Shown here in pieces: positions 12,927-25,637 of a stretch of 64,000 nt of DNA. The position numbers and the translations under genes were made by a program. Each line of letters opens with the position of its first letter. The stretch's first letter is position 1. The DNA is taken from contig FLMG01000350.1 of the NCBI GenBank assembly GCA_900088475.1, positions 186,001 to 250,000 on the forward strand. The letters are read 5' to 3'. This DNA comes from Hyphochytrium catenoides. Its lineage: Eukaryota; Protista; Hyphochytriomycota. Under the pieces are notes generated by a model. That model was not told the DNA's origin and made no database searches. It saw only the letters and a list, made by a program, of their open reading frames with translations.

Positions 12927-14813
12927 ATGGATGTCACCGCCCACAGCACCAGAATATTTATCGGGGAAAAGGAAGACGGGGCTGCGGGAAATGGACTTGC
13001 GGGCCTAGCGCCGCTATCTCACGGAGGACAAGGCTTACAAGGCGCTCATGAGACCCGCTTAAACCAGGGCATGGCTTTGGACACAACGGAACTGATAGAT
13101 AGTCTCAAGACAGAGCTGCAGCGTCACATATCACAAGATGACGCGGCCGCTTGGCATCACTTCCTCACCTCGCGCTCTATTCCTCCAGAGATCATTCATC
13201 AGACTCTGCAGCAATTGGATGCCTGGAGCTGTCAAAACTGCACTCGGCTTAACTCCAAAGTTGACCCCTGCTTGCATTGCGGAGAAGCGCGTGATATGCA
13301 TAGGGGGTCTATCAATGGCTCTAGCGAAGTAGAGCTACCCAGGCTTGTGGCCTCAATGCCATGTCCTTCCGGCCAGATAACGCCTGGAGGTCGCACGCTG
13401 CTGGGTTATGATGACGGAATGCAGAAGCACAAGCAGACTCCAGACGTCGCTTTTGATGTGCATCCCGAACGCCCTGACCGACTTCACGCAGCCTATGAAC
13501 ACCTTGAGCGCCTAGGACTTATCATGCAGTGTGAGGTCGTCTCTGGAAGGTCGGCATCAGAGGCTGAGCTTTCTAGAGTGCATTGCTGCGATTATCTTCA
13601 GTCTCTTAACGCTGCGTGGCAACAACCACCAGGTCGACTATGCCTGTCGCATGACACTTACAGTAGCGGCCAGGGAAGCAAGGAAGCTGCGTTGCTGGCC
13701 TGCGGGATAGCGGTGGAGGTTGTGGACAGAGTTCTTCAGGGTAGAGCAAGAAACGGGTTTGCCTTGGTCCGTCCTCCGGGCCATCACGCTGAGAAAGGAA
13801 AGGCTATGGGGTTTTGCATGCTGAATAACGTGGCGGTAGCTGCAGAACACGCCCGCCGGAAGTACAACTTGAAGAGGATTCTAATCGTTGACTGGGACGT
13901 CCATCATGGAAACGGGACCCAACACATATTCAATGACGACAGCTCAGTCCTATACTGTTCTATCCATCGATTGGACCACGGAGACTTCTTTCCTGGCTCT
14001 GGCAGACCGTGCGAGATAGGGATGGGCCAAGGCATTGGCCATACAATCAACGTGGCGTGGACTACTGCTGGTGCTGGGGATGCGGAGTATCTTCTCGCTT
14101 TTGATCAACTCCTGATGCCGGTTTTCATGGAGTATTGTCCCGAGTTGGTCCTTATCTCCGCTGGTTTTGACGCTGGGTTGGGAGATCCACTCGGGGGTTG
14201 CAGTGTGACTTCGGCAGGATTTGCACATATGGCTCATAGACTCTGCTCTCTAGCATGTGGCAAGGTGGTTGCTGTCTTGGAGGGTGGCTATAACCTTAAA
14301 GTGCTGAGTAAAGGTATAGAAGCTGTTTTAAGGACGCTTCTGGGCCATCCTCCACCCAGATTGCAGCTGTGTAATAAGCCCAGTCCGGAGGGCGTACGTG
14401 CCATCGCCAGAACTCGAAAGTTCATCAGGCCTTACTGGAAAACAATCCAAGCAGACTTCCCTCCTGCCGCTGAGGAGGCAGGTGACGTTAGCAATATCGA
14501 CGGGGCGAGAGTGGTGGTGAAACGAGGCGCATCTGGAGCAAACACATATATCTTCTATGACGTAAGAGAGAATCTTCCGCACAAGGAAAGCAACAGGCAG
14601 CAAGAGCCGACCGAACAGAGGAGTGACAGCAGTCTTGAACAGAAGGAAGGGAATGCCGATCTGGACGAGGGCCTGCCACCTCCAAGTGCAGCAGGCGAGA
14701 CGGGGGATGAGGTGCATTGGACCACGTTTCCGCCTTTAGACATTCCAATCCTGAAGCCCAAGCAACCATCTCAAGAGTTCTCCTACTCTCAGTTCTTTGG
14801 GGTCGAAGGGTGA
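12927..14813 (+). CDS. Class II histone deacetylase with an N-terminal RanBP2-type zinc finger, intronless
   Basis: HPERPDR, RPPGHHA, GFCMLNN, DWDVHHGNGTQ, SAGFDA and LEGGY motifs, plus a WSCQNCTRLN...CLHC finger upstream. Confidence 0.93.
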   Translation: MDVTAHSTRIFIGEKEDGAAGNGLAGLAPLSHGGQGLQGAHETRLNQGMALDTTELIDSLKTELQRHISQDDAAAWHHFLTSRSIPPEIIHQTLQQLDAWSCQNCTRLNSKVDPCLHCGEARDMHRGSINGSSEVELPRLVASMPCPSGQITPGGRTLLGYDDGMQKHKQTPDVAFDVHPERPDRLHAAYEHLERLGLIMQCEVVSGRSASEAELSRVHCCDYLQSLNAAWQQPPGRLCLSHDTYSSGQGSKEAALLACGIAVEVVDRVLQGRARNGFALVRPPGHHAEKGKAMGFCMLNNVAVAAEHARRKYNLKRILIVDWDVHHGNGTQHIFNDDSSVLYCSIHRLDHGDFFPGSGRPCEIGMGQGIGHTINVAWTTAGAGDAEYLLAFDQLLMPVFMEYCPELVLISAGFDAGLGDPLGGCSVTSAGFAHMAHRLCSLACGKVVAVLEGGYNLKVLSKGIEAVLRTLLGHPPPRLQLCNKPSPEGVRAIARTRKFIRPYWKTIQADFPPAAEEAGDVSNIDGARVVVKRGASGANTYIFYDVRENLPHKESNRQQEPTEQRSDSSLEQKEGNADLDEGLPPPSAAGETGDEVHWTTFPPLDIPILKPKQPSQEFSYSQFFGVEG

Positions 14814-15738
14814 GACAATTTGTCACACCTATGTTAGGTCCTATTCCATTCTTATTTATTCCTTTTAGTAAAAAGACAGAGCTAGGTAGTTTGTTCACTT
14901 GTTCATTTAGTGTGTGACATTATCCGAAGGCAGCCGGGCTCTCCAGAGACATTAGGCCACCCGCCATCGAGAGTAGAGCTTTCGTGACAGACTTCATTCA
15001 TTTCACGCGGGTCGTCACAAAGATAAAAGATGTCGGCCACCACGAACATTGAGCCTGCTCCACAGACCAATAGCAATGGATGGACCAAGATCTATGGGAC
15101 CAAGAGAGGTGCCAAGTGCCTCATTACATTCATGGTCTCAAGGAGGACAAGATACTAGGATGATGGTCGCCCACAACTCCTGTCCCACGTCAAAGATAGC
15201 TATCGTGTTAAGAAGAGTCTTCTTCTCACCTCCTTCCAGCACGAGGTGTGCCAGTATCACAGGCGCCCCAGGTCTGACGGCAGGCGCTGCTGCCCCGTTC
15301 GTTCCATGGCTGAGATATTGACAGTTTGGCGAGCGCTCTGCCCGACATCCTGCACTAAGATTAGTGAATGAGGGTTTGACCTTTCAGGTGCGTCAAGGGT
15401 CATTGAGTCATTGAAGCCAGGAGAGAGTGCGAATAACCCTAGGAAGAGATAACTGCGATAGTTCAGCGGCAGTAACTCATGAACGATAATCATCAGGTGC
15501 GGTATTGCTTTCGCTCTCGCAAGATCTTGGGGTTGGTGTTCGGAAATGTTGTTTGAAGATGCCCTTTCCCTTCTTCGGATCAGAATGATGCCAGCGGATG
15601 TGCTGACACTGACCTGACTAGGAACAGCTGCCAAGAGCTCTGCCAGCTCAAGGGCTAATTGACAGAAGGCTGGTCCCTGGAAGTTTGCAGACAAGGTGAC
15701 TCGCAGTAAGGAAGGGAGCTAATTAACCCGTTAGTAAG

Positions 15739-18420
15739 ATGGCTACGATTGTGGCCCCAACGTGGAAGCTGCGCGTCCGTTTCGGTGCGAAGTCCATGGT
15801 CCTTGAGAACTGCGGGCCCGACACTTCCTTTGGCCAGTTGAAAGGTCTCTCTAACACAATCGCCAATGTCTAGAGAACGCACTGCTTCTGGAGTCGCTTT
15901 TTGTCTGATCGTTTCCAATATAAGACCATTTGCCTCACCGTCCGATTGCTACTTTGCTTGCAGGAGCCGTTCGTGATGCTCTGTCGCTGCCAGAGGGTCA
16001 AGATCTTATCATTCGTGCAGGTGAGGCAAACTTCTTCATCTTTAAGCTGCCTAGTCATAAGCTGCATCCTGAGGCTTTATATTTGTCCTAGGCTTTCCCC
16101 CTAAGGAGCTACTGCTGACTGCTGGAGAAAGACTTCATCCAAGTATCTCCAGTAACGAAACTTTGGTGATTAGTGTGAGAACAGCCATTGAAGACACACC
16201 CAAGAGCCTTGGACCTATCAAGGAACCGAATACGGCAGCTGCGTCAACGGACACAGGACGTACCCGTGAGAGAAGCCCAACAGAGTCTTCTACTGGGCGT
16301 ATTGGAAGCAGGAAGCGAAAGCGGCTGGAGTTAAAGGACAAGGAGGAGGTCGCGCTGAAACTGTTAACAGCGCTTTCTGGACCGGCGAAAGACACCGCTA
16401 GTGCCTTTCTTCGCGCGGCCACCAAGAGTGCTGTGCGGAAGCAGTACGAGCTTACCTTAGCAAACGCTCGATTTAAAGCAGCTCTGGCAGGCGACTACAC
16501 TGTGACCGAAAGTGACAATGTACGGCGGCTAGGTGCGTGCTTCAGTCCCCTTTCCTTATACAGGCTGTCGCCTGGTGGCGCCCCACCAGCACTGGGTTCT
16601 GCTTACACTCGTCCCTTGGCTTTTACCGTCTAATACCATTTCTTGGACCTGAAAGGCAGCGGTGCCACCGGGGCTTTGAAGGTTAAGTTCAAAAAGACCG
16701 ACCGGACCTATGCTGAGGAAGAAGTCCAGGTAGAGACAGGCTGGTCTCTGAGTATCAATCATCTCTCATTATGAGAATGCTTCCAGCTTTGTGTCCGGTA
16801 CTGACGTCATATTTGGAGAGTGTAGGCCCTAAGCAAGCCCGAGCTTCGGGGTGTAATCCAGGTAGTGCTGAAGGAGCTGGACGAGAGCAGTCGCGACTGG
16901 CTCAAACCGTTTAAGATGGCAGAGTGCTCGCCCAGGTTGAATGACGTGCATTTCTCCTCTTTGCCGTTCTGTCTGCTTTTCAATATCTGGCTCTTAGCTT
17001 AGTGTAATCCTCATACTCACTTGAGAAGTTCTGCTTGCTTCATCTATAGTCCACCGACATTGCTGACGCTACACTATTATTAAGGGTTTTCTGGTCTCTG
17101 GTGCACCATTACGGATCTGTGGATAAAGGATTGAAGTCTCTAGTTCCGGAGATGGACTGGAGCTTTCTAGTCGATCGGAGAAAGTAAGGACATCTCTGCC
17201 TTTTGGTATTACAAAAGAACAATGCTTATTTACCCTTTTTACCCATACCATCAACAGAACTCTCTCAGAACGAGCAGCTGAGGCCAAGGTGAGGCCTATC
17301 TCACGCCAAGCAATAGACAGGGCTAATTTTTAATAATAGGCAACCCAAGAAATGATAAAGCTTCAAAAGGAAGAGCTCAAAAGGGAAAGGGAGAGGAGAA
17401 AACTAGCGAGAGAGCAGAAAGGACTTCATAGTGCCCAAGAAACCAACAAGGAGGACTCCCTTCAGGCCACTTCTTTGGTCCCTGCTAAAGCGCAGATTGC
17501 CGAAGGGCTTACAGAAGAAGAGGTCGAGGTGTCATTACCTCCTGGAGGAGAGAACGAAGAGCGCACCACATCTGCATTTACACCAAAGCCCGGAGGAAAT
17601 CAGGGTTATCATAGTGAAGACGACGAAGCAGTTGCAGTGATATGCGACTCTTGTGGCAAGACGAGAATACTAGAAAAGGAAGATGCCAAGATGGCGAACT
17701 TGAGTAAGGATCCGTGGACTTGTAATGAGGTGAGCGCTATACGTGGACAGCCTTAACTGGACCTATTTCTTTCAAGCGTTAGATCGCCCTTGGTCGTGCT
17801 TAAGCTTATTTACCTGCCCCCATCATCCCTCTCCCTCGTAGCTCAAGGTTATTAGCCGACGTAGTGCTACCACCTGCGATAGCCCTGATGATGAGGTTGC
17901 ACAAATTGCAAAGGCAAAAGCAGTGATTTTGCAGGACCGTCTCAACGTCAAGACCTTGGAAGACCTCACTCTCCTTCCCGCTATCGCTGACGCTCCTTCT
18001 GCTTTATCGCTGGCAGAGATAAAGGACTGGGTGGCAGAGGTAATTCTTCCAGAGCCAGTGGCCTAACTTTAGACGGGCTGACCTGGTCAAGCACTAATAT
18101 ATTGACCCCCTGTAGGCTCAGCGACGAAAGCTTGAACAGCTGATGGCGGAGATTTTGGGGGATAGCGATGTTGAGGAGGTAAGAGAGACTTATGCACCAA
18201 ATGGGCAACTGAGATCTTCACTGACATCTGGTTAATGTAGGCACTAAACTCAGCAGGCATCGCTACCCCCAGAGACATTCTGATGACTCCGCCGGACCTC
18301 ATACAGAAGGAAGTCACCCATCGAAAGATCTCCATTTCCACCGTTTGCGGCTGGAGGGAGGCTTCACAAGCTGCGATTGAAAGTTATCCCTGGCTGAGAG
18401 AGTGGACTTGGAGTGGCTAG
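15739..18420 (+). CDS. Multi-domain protein: UBX/ubiquitin-like N-domain, unknown helical domain, CW-like zinc finger, HhH-like tail
   Basis: Spliced MATIVAPTWKLRVRFG...GQLK|GAVRDAL...IRA|GFPPKEL (OTU1/YOD1-type UBX-like), then MAECSPR|VFWSLVHHY, ICDSCGKTR...PWTCNE...TTC and ALNSAGIATPRDIL...W. Stop at 18418-18420. Confidence 0.75.
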
Positions 18421-18483
18421 AGATCTTCCGTCATGTGTGAGAGTTTTGTGACTTCTGCTCTTCACACTTCAGCGCGTGAACAG

Positions 18484-21400
18484 TCAATCCAAGTTCTCCA
18501 CGTCGGTTGCTAGCCCTTTCGCCTGTAGCTTCTTTCCAAGTGTGCCGCGAAGGGAGTGCTCAATGTCTTCTCTCTTTAAGGGCTTCTCATCATCGCTTTC
18601 GTCCTCTGGTGCACTTTCATCCGTCAAGGAGTTGTCCTGCCAATGAGTGTTAGACGGAACCGATCCAAATCAAGACACCTCGTAGCCCTGCGACGTAAGC
18701 TTACGACATCGGTAGCCAAAGGCGGGCGGGTAAAGCTTGAGACCAGGGAGACGACTATATGTGAGGCAATATGCAGCTACAGGATATCAACACTAAATTT
18801 CAGCGTCTAAGAGAAGAAATAGACGCAAACTTCGGAGCCCAAACCGAAAGGACAGCGGACGTCATACCATGATCGATGGTATAAAGGAGGGGACCATCCT
18901 TCTGGGGTTTGACATGGCCATTTGGGCCAACTCGTCCCAGCTCCGGGCCACCGGCGCTGTGACAACTTTGGATGGGGCTGGAATCTGCGTGCAAGACCGG
19001 CACCCGTAGAGCCGACTTAGAACAAGACTACTGCTTTACAGACGCATCTCACTGACCTTCGTTGCATGTCCCCGAATAAGATTATCAAAGTCCAGCTCCG
19101 CCCACCTCTCCCTGCACCTTTCTACAAAGGGTAGATATACGCAGTTAGTTATCGTGACCCGTGAGGACAATCTCAGGGAGAGCAAGTACTAAGGGGCTAG
19201 TCGTTGCCAGGTCCGGCCGATGACTACTAAAGTTGGCAGTGCTGTCTCCTAATCATCATGTAGCTTGTGCTCTCTAAGGGGCATAAGCCGTCAAATAATC
19301 TGTGTGCTTACTCTCGTCAATATGCTCGGAGAGCTTAGGATCCGATTTAGTATCGAGTCCTCTTGAGATAAAGCTCTTCAGTCCTTCAGTAACCTTTGAG
19401 AACTCGAATGCATGCTCTCTGGCACATTGTTGGCATTGTCAATAGCCGCAGACCCTGGAATAGGGTTTTAGAACTAAGAACTCCATTACCTGACAAGGGC
19501 TGTCAGTTCCTTGTCCATGGCTTCTGTCCAGACTACGACTGGGCCATTCTCTCTTTTGTCCGAAAGGGAGGCAAATCTGAGCCGGCAATCCTTGGCTGAC
19601 ACATGAGGTCCAGCACCATTCTTCCTCATCTCTTTGGCCACATTTTCGAAGTCGAACATACAGTTGCGCACCTGTGGAATGATTTCGTACGGCAGAGCGG
19701 AATGGCCTTTAGCTGCTGATGATGAGAATTGGCCGCTGCTTATTGGGGAGAAGATTTGTTTCCCTTACCGTCTGACCCAATAGCTTATCAAGATCTTGAG
19801 TCCATTTCACAGGCTCCGACTTATTCTGTAGGACAGCAGGGCCAGTAGCGTATCGCTGGCTGGGACTCCCAGAATAGGATTCCTCTTTCTCAGCTTTTGC
19901 CTTCCTCTCTCTATGAAGTTTGAGAGATTCTTGCACAAGCTGTTTACGGGCCTATCCATCAATAAACAGTGTAGAGGAGAATCAAAACGATCAATCACCA
20001 TATCCCTAATTCAAAAAAAACATGGGCCTTGGGCTGACCTCCTCTTCGCGCTCTTGCCGTTTGCGCTCTTCTAGTGCTCTCTGTTCTTCCTCTTCCTTCA
20101 CTCTTCGCTCCTGTTCGTCCGCCTTTCCGTTGGGGACAGCAGGCCCTTCAACCACTAACTCCCACGTAGAGGCTGTAAGGCTTCCCTCTGGGGCCTCGAG
20201 ATCTTGCAGTGCTGATACGTCCTCAGCGGTCTCCTTTCTGGTCAAGGGAGGATCCTGGTTGCATAGCCCCTGAGATCCTCCTGGAAGTTGAGCTATTGGA
20301 GGATGAGCTGATAAAAGCTTAAGGAGTCCAAGGAAGAAGGGCACGAACCATTGGTAGGCTCTGGTTTCGTCGTAGTACCAAGAGTTGGCTCTATGGAGTC
20401 GACGACAGTGTCCTCTCTCTGAAACTCCATCGCAGATTCCTGAGGTGCCCAGAAGGCCTGTCCGAGCTTCTTTATCCCTGTGGAAAACGTACTCTACGTA
20501 AGACACAGAACAGTGTAGATGGTCTTCCTGTCTATCTCCCGTCCTCAGAATCTTCTTTTCTGACGACATTTAGCCTTAGCCTCTCGCGTACGGTCAAATC
20601 TCTTTTCTTCTTCGTCCGTCAACGAGTTCCTACCATCTCCCGCGACCAATTGCTTCTCTTCTAGTGCATCCAGATGTGCTTGGGCTCGTCTTGCTCTCCA
20701 TTCTTCACTTTCCTCTTCTTGTCCTGCCTTGCCCTCTAAATAGTGTGCCATAGGTCTGTCATTTCCTGTTATGTCAGAGTTCTGGTGTGAAATGTCTCAC
20801 TCTTAAGGGATAAGAGTAGATGCGACGTCATACCATCAACATCAATCGAAAAGTAGTTCTGGGCAGGAGCATTAGGCGATGCAGCCTTCCGTGCGGCGAT
20901 CTCAGCCATCTTCTTCTCTCTTACTTCCTAATCCAGAAAGCACTAACAGGTGAGAAAGATGCACACGCTAAGGGCACACTTAGTCTTGTTTTACCTTCTG
21001 CCACTCTCTAAATTGATGCATGCTCTCCTTGTGGCGGTTCCTCTAAAAAGGAGTTGTTGGACCGGACAGCGTTAAAATATTATGAAGTAACAGGAGGTAA
21101 GAGTAGAAAGCACTAACCTCTTCCTCCTTGAACTTTTCTCGCGCTTGGAGCTCAGCCTCTCTTCCACCTTGTCCCCACGCCTAAGGTAGATGCATCATTG
21201 AGCTTAAGGGTTAAAGAGCGTGCCAAGGAGGAGGATAGATCGTGAGTGAATTTCGAGGGGAAGTGCAGTTCTCACCAAAGCTCCGACTTTCTCTAGCTCA
21301 AAAATGGGCCGGTCCAGGTAGTTTAGTTGCGGCAGCTTGTTGATGGCAGTCTTGCGAAAATGCTTGATCTTCGCAATGATAGGGTTTCCTGCGAGCATCC

Positions 21401-22579
21401 TTACGTTAAATGTCACGAAGTATGTGGACTCGCCTATGAGATTGCTCTTGACCGGGCCCCAATGGGCCGTTCCAAGCAGTTACTTTGCCCTGTTAGCAAC
21501 ATTCCTTCTTCTTTCGTTTCGGATATCTGAAGCCATGATTGCTTTACTATGCAGTTCAGGTACTCCCGTGCCACTTTCTTCTACACCGGCACTTCCTCCT
21601 CTACCATTCATCACTCTCCCCTGTAGAAGGTCGAAGAAAAATCCTTACCATCAAACTTGAGAGCTGTGAGCTTGTGCATTTTACTGAACATTTCGAAGAC
21701 GTCCCCTTCCTCTATTTTGTTATTGCTGAGGTCTACGTTCGTAAGAGCCGGACATTCGCTGAGGTGTGAGATGCTCTCAGCTGTGTAGAAGTGGTTCTTA
21801 GAGATATTCAAAGTGTTGAGCTTTGGTAGGCAACTCAAGTTCTCAACTTTGGTGAGCTGGTTCTGGCTCAAATCCAGAGTGACAAGCTCGGTTAAGTTCT
21901 GTTCGGCAAAGTCGCAAAGGAGAGTTAGCGTCGAGTGTCTGCTATGTAACAGGTTGAGCTCAGATCAGGATCAGCGCTGGCAACCTAAGAAAGACCGGAT
22001 CGGGTGCCCCTTACCTCGAGACCTTCAATCTTTTCGATAAGGTTTTGATGGAGATAGAGGCAGCGCAGTTCTTTTAACATATCGAGATTTTCTATTTTTC
22101 TCAGTCCATTGGATTCTAGCCAGAGCGCCTTCAAGCCTGTATATCGGTCTAGGCCTTCTATACGAACAAAGCCTTTGTAATGTGCATACCTAGATGCAGG
22201 ACGTCGACAGGAGACGTCAGAGTTACAAGGCGACGGTAAGAGCTCAAGAATAGTTGAGAATACCCCTAGGAGAATGAAGTGTGCACCAAGATCGTGGTTA
22301 AGACAGACAGAGAGTTGAGCTGAATGTGCAGGAGTAGGGAAAGCAGTCGAATGTTGAGCTATGCAATTATGAGCTAGCTCGTTGGAGGTACTACACATAC
22401 AGCTTATCGTTTAGCTCAGGGGTCTCATAGCCATCATTGTCAATGCAGAGCTGCTTCAACGTGCTGACAGTCATCTGTGGAAGACCCAAATCCAAAGCCT
22501 GTTGCCGACATCGTGCCTTCTCCATAGACTTAAGCTTCTCATGAGCATCGAAGCCGCACTGCTGATTCTGATCCGCCAT
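18484..22579 (-). CDS. DNAAF1: Dynein axonemal assembly factor 1 (LRRC50/ODA7) with C-terminal Myb/SANT-like repeats
   Basis: [20 protein letters not shown]|[38 protein letters not shown]22-type LRRs, an LNYLDRPIF cap and a coiled coil. Ends TDVENLD* at 18484. Confidence 0.88.
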
Positions 22580-23406
22580 TGTCGTTCAATTCTAGAGGTG
22601 TTGGAGATATCAGGACCAGGTCGCGTAGCCTCGTGGAGCAGGGGGACGGGAATGGAATCGGCGCTCTCCTCGTACAGCTACGACACAAGCTATCTTACAA
22701 TCGATGCTACCATCCGCACACTGGACGATGAAGACACAGCGATAGTCATCTCCAGCTTTCTCCGTTCCCTTCTTTTCTCTCGCCTGATGCCTTCTCCTGT
22801 CAATGAGGATGGTAATGACGCGAGGCAGCTCTCCTGCCGCTAGCGAACATCGAAACGTCGTCTCGGTGGTCACTTGCTTCACACATCATCAGAGAGAGTG
22901 CAACACCACTTGGGCCTTATGATTATCATTCCTCGATAATCGGAGGTAAGGAATAACAAGTGATCAACAGAGAGGATACAACCAGACCATCAAATGAAAC
23001 GGATGACAGGAGAAAATGGAAGTGCCAAAAAAAAAGAAAGAAGATCAGAGACGGGTGTAAGATGGGCAGGAGGAGGACAGAAGCAGCAGCACTTGTCAGG
23101 GCTCGCGCAGGGGTCACAAAGGTGCAAGTGCCTTACACACATCGCTCCTTAAAGCTCGAGATAGAGGGGCAGACTCTGCTATGCGCTGTGGTCGTCTCAG
23201 GTTGGCATTGTAACCCAGTAGAAGATCACTGATGCAGATGTGTTGAATCTGAGCAGTGCTTGGTAGAGAAGTCGCTCCAACCAGCAGTCAATCCGTTTTG
23301 CAAGCCCCGGACCAAGGTTTGAGCTTTGCGGTTCTATGATGGAGACGACTTGAGACCGTAGTACAGTGGACAATTGTTGATTATAGTGCTCTTCTCCCGC
23401 GTCGCC

Positions 23407-25304
23407 ATGGATCTGACAGCGAAGTTCATGAGGTACCGCCTGCCCTAAACATGTCCAATGTAGTACTTAACCGCGAGTAATGCCCCAGAGAACGAGCCGA
23501 GAAGGCTAGAAAGCAGAAGCTTAAGAATGTTCGATCTACGTTGCAGAAAAAGAATAAGTTGGATCCAGCTATCGACAGCATCATCAAAAGTAAGGCCTAC
23601 AAAAGGAAGACCGACCCCATTTCTTCTTTATTCTACTGATCTCTGGATCGCTTCAGAGAGCGAGCAGAAGATCAAGAAAGGCAAACCTTTAGAGCGTCCG
23701 GAGTTTGTTGTTGCGGAAGGCGATACTCCGTATGGAGATTACTTCTTTCAGGATGACTGGGACTATTCAAAGCCAGAGGGACCGCAGAAGTAGGTGCTTC
23801 CAAGTTTATACGTGGGCCACTCACAACTTAAGACGTTCGCATCATAGGGAAAGGGAGAGGAGCGTAAACTTGCCAGATATACCCAAGAAGTACCTGCGAG
23901 GTAGAACTGCAAGGCTCAGCTTGCTTGGGTCGCAAACCCTTACGTCCTTTACCATCTTCGAATATAGGAAACCAAGAGACTGAAAAGCCACCTCGCAGTG
24001 AAAGTGCGCCAGCAGCCATATCGGCTACCCCTGCGGATGAGGCGCTTATGGCAGACTCCGTGTGGCCTCGTCGAAGTATGACGCCTGACGCAGATATGAA
24101 ACCCAAAGCTTCTCCGCTAAGGTAAGTTCCTTGACTACTGGGACACAATAGGCGCTTATATTGATGTGTTACTCAGGGCAAACCTTAGGCTGAAGCGGTT
24201 GGAAGCTAATAAGGAGCCTTCGTCGAAAACGCTGCCCGCACATCCGGGTAATAAGGCAATCTCAAACAGCCGAGGACTTATTGTGAGTCAATCCAAAGGA
24301 CAAGAAGCTGAAGACGGGCGGCCGCTGGAGCTCGCAATGGCACGGGCAAAAGAACGCCTTCGGAAGCAGACAGCAGAAGATCCAGAAAGGGCTGAGATGT
24401 CTGCAGAACCAGTAAAGTCTCACCCTCGAACTAAAGCTAGCGCCGACAGCACTTCCAAAATTCCTGTCCCTTCTCTAAGGAGTAGAAGAGAGAAGGCTAT
24501 TCCACAAACAAAGCTAGCCGTACCAGTACACAGCCAGGAGAAGGAAGCTTCCAGTGTGTCAAGTGGGGACGAGGATAGAGATGGCGATGTCAAGAGGGGC
24601 TTAGCGACGAGCAAGGCTTCAACTTCTCTCAAGCACTTACGTAGGGAGCATGAGGAGGCACTTGCTTTATTAAAGGAGCTAGGAGGCGAGATTAGAGAAG
24701 AAGAACACCCAGGTGTGGCACTTTCCTTCTCTGACGGCCGTATTGCTGCACGTCAATCTACCATAGATTCAGTAGCACTTACGTTTCCTTTACCCCAGAT
24801 GTGGCATCAGTAAAACCAGTCGAGATTATTGATGACCAAGCGGACTTTAGATCGCAGATGGAGGCTTTGAGAGTTCGAGCCAAAGCCACTCCCAGGTCAC
24901 CAGGACCTAAACCCATTCCGAAGCCACTTTCGGAGACACTTAACGTAACCCCAAGAAAAGAATTGAAACAAGAAAAGGAAGACCCAATAATCGCGCAGTC
25001 AGCCATCCCAGCGACTGATGAAGAAAGAGGGACAGGTGATCCACTGTCCAGATGCGGGAGCGAAATGGGTTCCAACGAGTTGAGGAGCCCTAGTGATCAC
25101 AAACGGGAGGAAGAGGTAGAAGACCCCACTTATGAGGACGACTACGAGGTGGAAGAAGGGATAGCCTCACCCCAAAAGTCAAGAATTCTCGGCAGCGAGG
25201 AAGAGCAAAAGTTGGCTGATGAGGAGCAAGGTCTGGACCTCAGCTACAGCCTGGATGTGAGGCCACCACAGTCACCCTTCGCTCTTTCGGGTACGTCTTC
25301 CTGA
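23407..25304 (+). CDS. Hypothetical, largely disordered, charged protein (multi-exon; 3' end uncertain, may extend to ~25550)
   Basis: ATG 23407 (MDLTAKFM) and a chain of ORFs (23527, 23925, 24166, 24801) linked by GT-AG introns. No known domain recognised. Confidence 0.6.
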
Positions 25305-25637
25305 CCATCCTCATATACAAATACAGCTCTCCTCACAACTCTACAGATACATTTGCAGGAGCCGCTTCTCCAGCGGTGCATATCCCAGTCAACTCTATGC
25401 GAGCAATATGAGTAAGGCCCGGGTTAGTGTATATGATTGCGTAGGTTCCTGCCATTTGTTCCCTTTTCCATTGAGGGTGCCAACATTCCAAGCAATATCT
25501 AGCCATTGTACTTTGCGCCATGTCGGGACTGCAGCTTTGTGAACTTTGTATCCGTACGTGTCAGTGACTAATGACGGGGAAGATCATTTGGCCCACCTCC
25601 TGTGGGCGAGGCATTGATGGAAACGGGGAAGGGAACT

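Noticed and set aside
14903-16067. Chain of - strand ORFs that looked like a gene
   Set aside because: The right-hand part is the antisense shadow of the UBX-like exons, and I could not splice the remainder coherently.
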